DNA from: Pseudovirgaria hyperparasitica
Lineage: Eukaryota
Reading direction: 5' to 3' (one strand)
Assembly (NCBI GenBank): GCA_010093815.1
Contig: ML996685.1
Length of the DNA: 1,118 nucleotides
In this document: positions 1-1,118 of the stretch, piece after piece
Layout of the letters: each line of letters opens with the position of its first letter
Position numbering within the stretch: position 1 is the stretch's first letter
The notes under the pieces: generated by a model
Databases searched by the model: none
Seen by the model: the letters and a program-made list of their open reading frames with translations, nothing else
Told to the model about the DNA's origin: nothing
Made by a program: the position numbers and the translations under genes

Positions 1-2
1 TC

Positions 3-702
3 CTTCAAGAAGAAGGGTTTAAGATCTCACGGAGTTCTCTATATCGCCGTCGTATAGATATGGGTATCGTACGAAAGGTACGAGGTATTGATGCACAACA
101 GGCTAAAAGTGAGAAGGTAATGCAGCTCATACGGGAAGGCTTAGAGTCAGGAGTAATTAATGGGTTTGGTCGAGGCCTACTCCATGCACATTTCCTAGGA
201 GCTAGAGTCCAGATTACACGGTATCTATACCCTTCTATCTATATATAAAGACTTATTCTAAGAATCTATCTAGAGATCGGCTATTAATCCAGAGGGTGTA
301 CGACACCGCTATCATGATTTTTAGCGCCATAGAGGCCAGTATATTATAAAAGGTCCTGATTATATCTGGAGTATGGATGGGTACCACAAGCTTAGCTTAT
401 ACGGTATTAAGATCTATGCCTGTATAGATGTATACTCAAGATATATTATCTGGGCCTATGTTGGTATCTCATCTGCTATAGCAGTTAGTTATCTCTTTCA
501 GTTTCTAGAAACTTTAAGAATTAGAGGTATCCAGCCACGCTTCGTACGAAGTGATAGAGGTGGTGAGACAACTCGTATGGCAAATATTCAGTGGAATCTC
601 CGCCAGGTTGATGACCCAGAGATTCCACTAAATCAATGCTGGATGTTTGGGACAAGTACATCTAATCAAAGGATTAAGGCTTGGTGGGCACAGCTTTCTA
701 AG
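3..702 (+). pseudogene. Degenerate DDE integrase-core (rve-like) transposase gene of fungal type; 5' end lies outside the window, 3' end truncated
   Basis: Frame +3 is open from 3 (LQEEGFKISRSSLYRRRIDMGIVRK...GVINGFGRGLLHAHFLGARVQITR). Frame +1 from 283 reads INPEGVRHRYHDF*RHRGQYIIKGPDYIWSMDGYHKLSLYGIKIYACIDVYSRYIIWAYVG...QPRFVRSDRGGET...GTSTSNQRIKAWWAQLSK. The motifs W-S-x-D (D at 376-378), ID-x-YSR, RSD-x-G-x-E (D at 553-555) and N-Q-R-I-[E] (676-678) fit the RNase H-fold DDE integrase core. Disablements: frameshift ~280-285, TAG at 322-324, K at the E position. Confidence 0.85.
221..273 (+). other. Spliceosomal intron (53 nt, phase 2) in the transposase pseudogene
   Basis: Donor CG|GTATCT at 221, AT-rich body containing a stop in the exon-1 frame (TAA 246-248), branch-like CTAAG at 258-262, acceptor CTAG| ending at 273. 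The length is typical of fungi. Splicing gives I-T-R-D-R-L, matching the RDRL motif I recall upstream of [D/N]PEGV in this family. Confidence 0.7.
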
Positions 703-945
703 GTCCGAGTGTGCGCTTGAATTATGGTAACTTACAATCTTATCAGTCTTCTACCACCTGCGAAGCTACTATGCAGATGCAGACTAAGCGGGGCTTCTCA
801 CAGCCTTGTCTGTGTGGAAGTACCCTCATCGTACCTCTGGAAAGGCAGCAGGATTTCCATATACCTCTTAGATCCTTCTGCCGTTCACTTTTCATCCGTT
901 TGAATCGGCGATTGTCTAGCGTATCTGACCGTCCGATCGGCCCCA

Positions 946-960
946 CGAGGCTGAGCCTCG
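946..960. repeat. Perfect inverted repeat CGAGGCT-G-AGCCTCG
   Basis: Directly visible: 946-952 (CGAGGCT) is the reverse complement of 954-960 (AGCCTCG). Function unknown. Confidence 0.6.
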
Positions 961-1118
961 CTCAATTTGTAGCGGTTTCACTTTGACAAAGATCAAGATG
1001 CAGTTCGAGACGGCACATACGCCCCATATATTTCCCAGCATTGTCGATACGTTCAAGAGAAAGCTCGAAAGCTTGAGGACGAAGGCATACTGTGGTCGAC
1101 AATATATACTCGTTGATC

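Larger units (their letters stand above)
1..703 (+). mobile_element. Internal fragment of a RIP-mutated DNA transposon-like repeat; no termini visible
   Basis: It encodes a DDE-type core with no reverse transcriptase, gag or protease motifs nearby and has a spliceosomal intron, which favours a DNA transposon over an LTR retroelement. RIP-like mutation implies it was or is multicopy. No terminal inverted repeat or target-site duplication could be identified. Confidence 0.6.

Noticed and set aside
60..248. Stand-alone 62-aa CDS from the ORF track
   Set aside because: The frame is open upstream to base 3, so the ATG at 60 is probably internal, and the tail YLYPSIYI* is read-through into the predicted intron.
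373..720. Intact 115-aa integrase CDS
   Set aside because: The ATG lies inside the WSMDG motif just before the first catalytic D. Conserved sequence continues upstream through a stop, the catalytic E is K, and the C-terminus is missing.
1..720. Bacterial IS3/IS481 element with a programmed -1 frameshift between orfA and orfB
   Set aside because: There is no slippery A6G-type heptamer at the junction and no terminal inverted repeats. A spliceosomal intron plus RIP-like mutation explains the layout better.
771..783. Tandem repeat ATGCAG x2
   Set aside because: It is too short to distinguish from chance.
743..946. 67-aa minus-strand ORF
   Set aside because: It has a GTG start, is short, has no recognisable motif and is probably a chance ORF.
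946..972. Helitron 3' end (hairpin plus CTRR) or bacterial intrinsic terminator
   Set aside because: The sequence after the hairpin ends in GTAG rather than CTRR, and there is no poly-T tract immediately after the stem on either strand.
711..986. 91-aa + strand ORF as an independent gene
   Set aside because: It starts at GTG, has no recognisable motif and overlaps other open frames. It is kept only as part of a speculative spliced model.
1061..1074. Hairpin AAGCT-CGAA-AGCTT
   Set aside because: The stem is only 5 bp and is expected by chance in a window this size.

Overview
The window looks eukaryotic, most likely from a filamentous ascomycete, rather than prokaryotic. Bases ~3-702 (+) hold a degenerate, intron-containing gene for a DDE integrase-core (rve-like, IS3/IS481-related) transposase-type protein. 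The ORF-track ORFs 60..248 and 373..720 are fragments of this one gene: exon 1 (<3-220), a 53-nt GT-AG intron (221-273), then exon 2 with the motifs NPEGV...GPDYIWSMDG..KL, CIDxYSR, RSDRGGET and STSNQRIKAWWAQL. The gene appears dead: it has a frameshift near 280-285, an in-frame TAG at 322-324, K in place of the expected catalytic E (676-678), and recognisable similarity stops at ~703. Most point lesions sit in a TpA context and TpA is strongly enriched, which is the pattern left by fungal repeat-induced point mutation (RIP). Bases 704-1118 have no confident annotation; they contain two short palindromes and a weak candidate spliced-gene remnant. Family assignments come from motif recognition only, with no database search.
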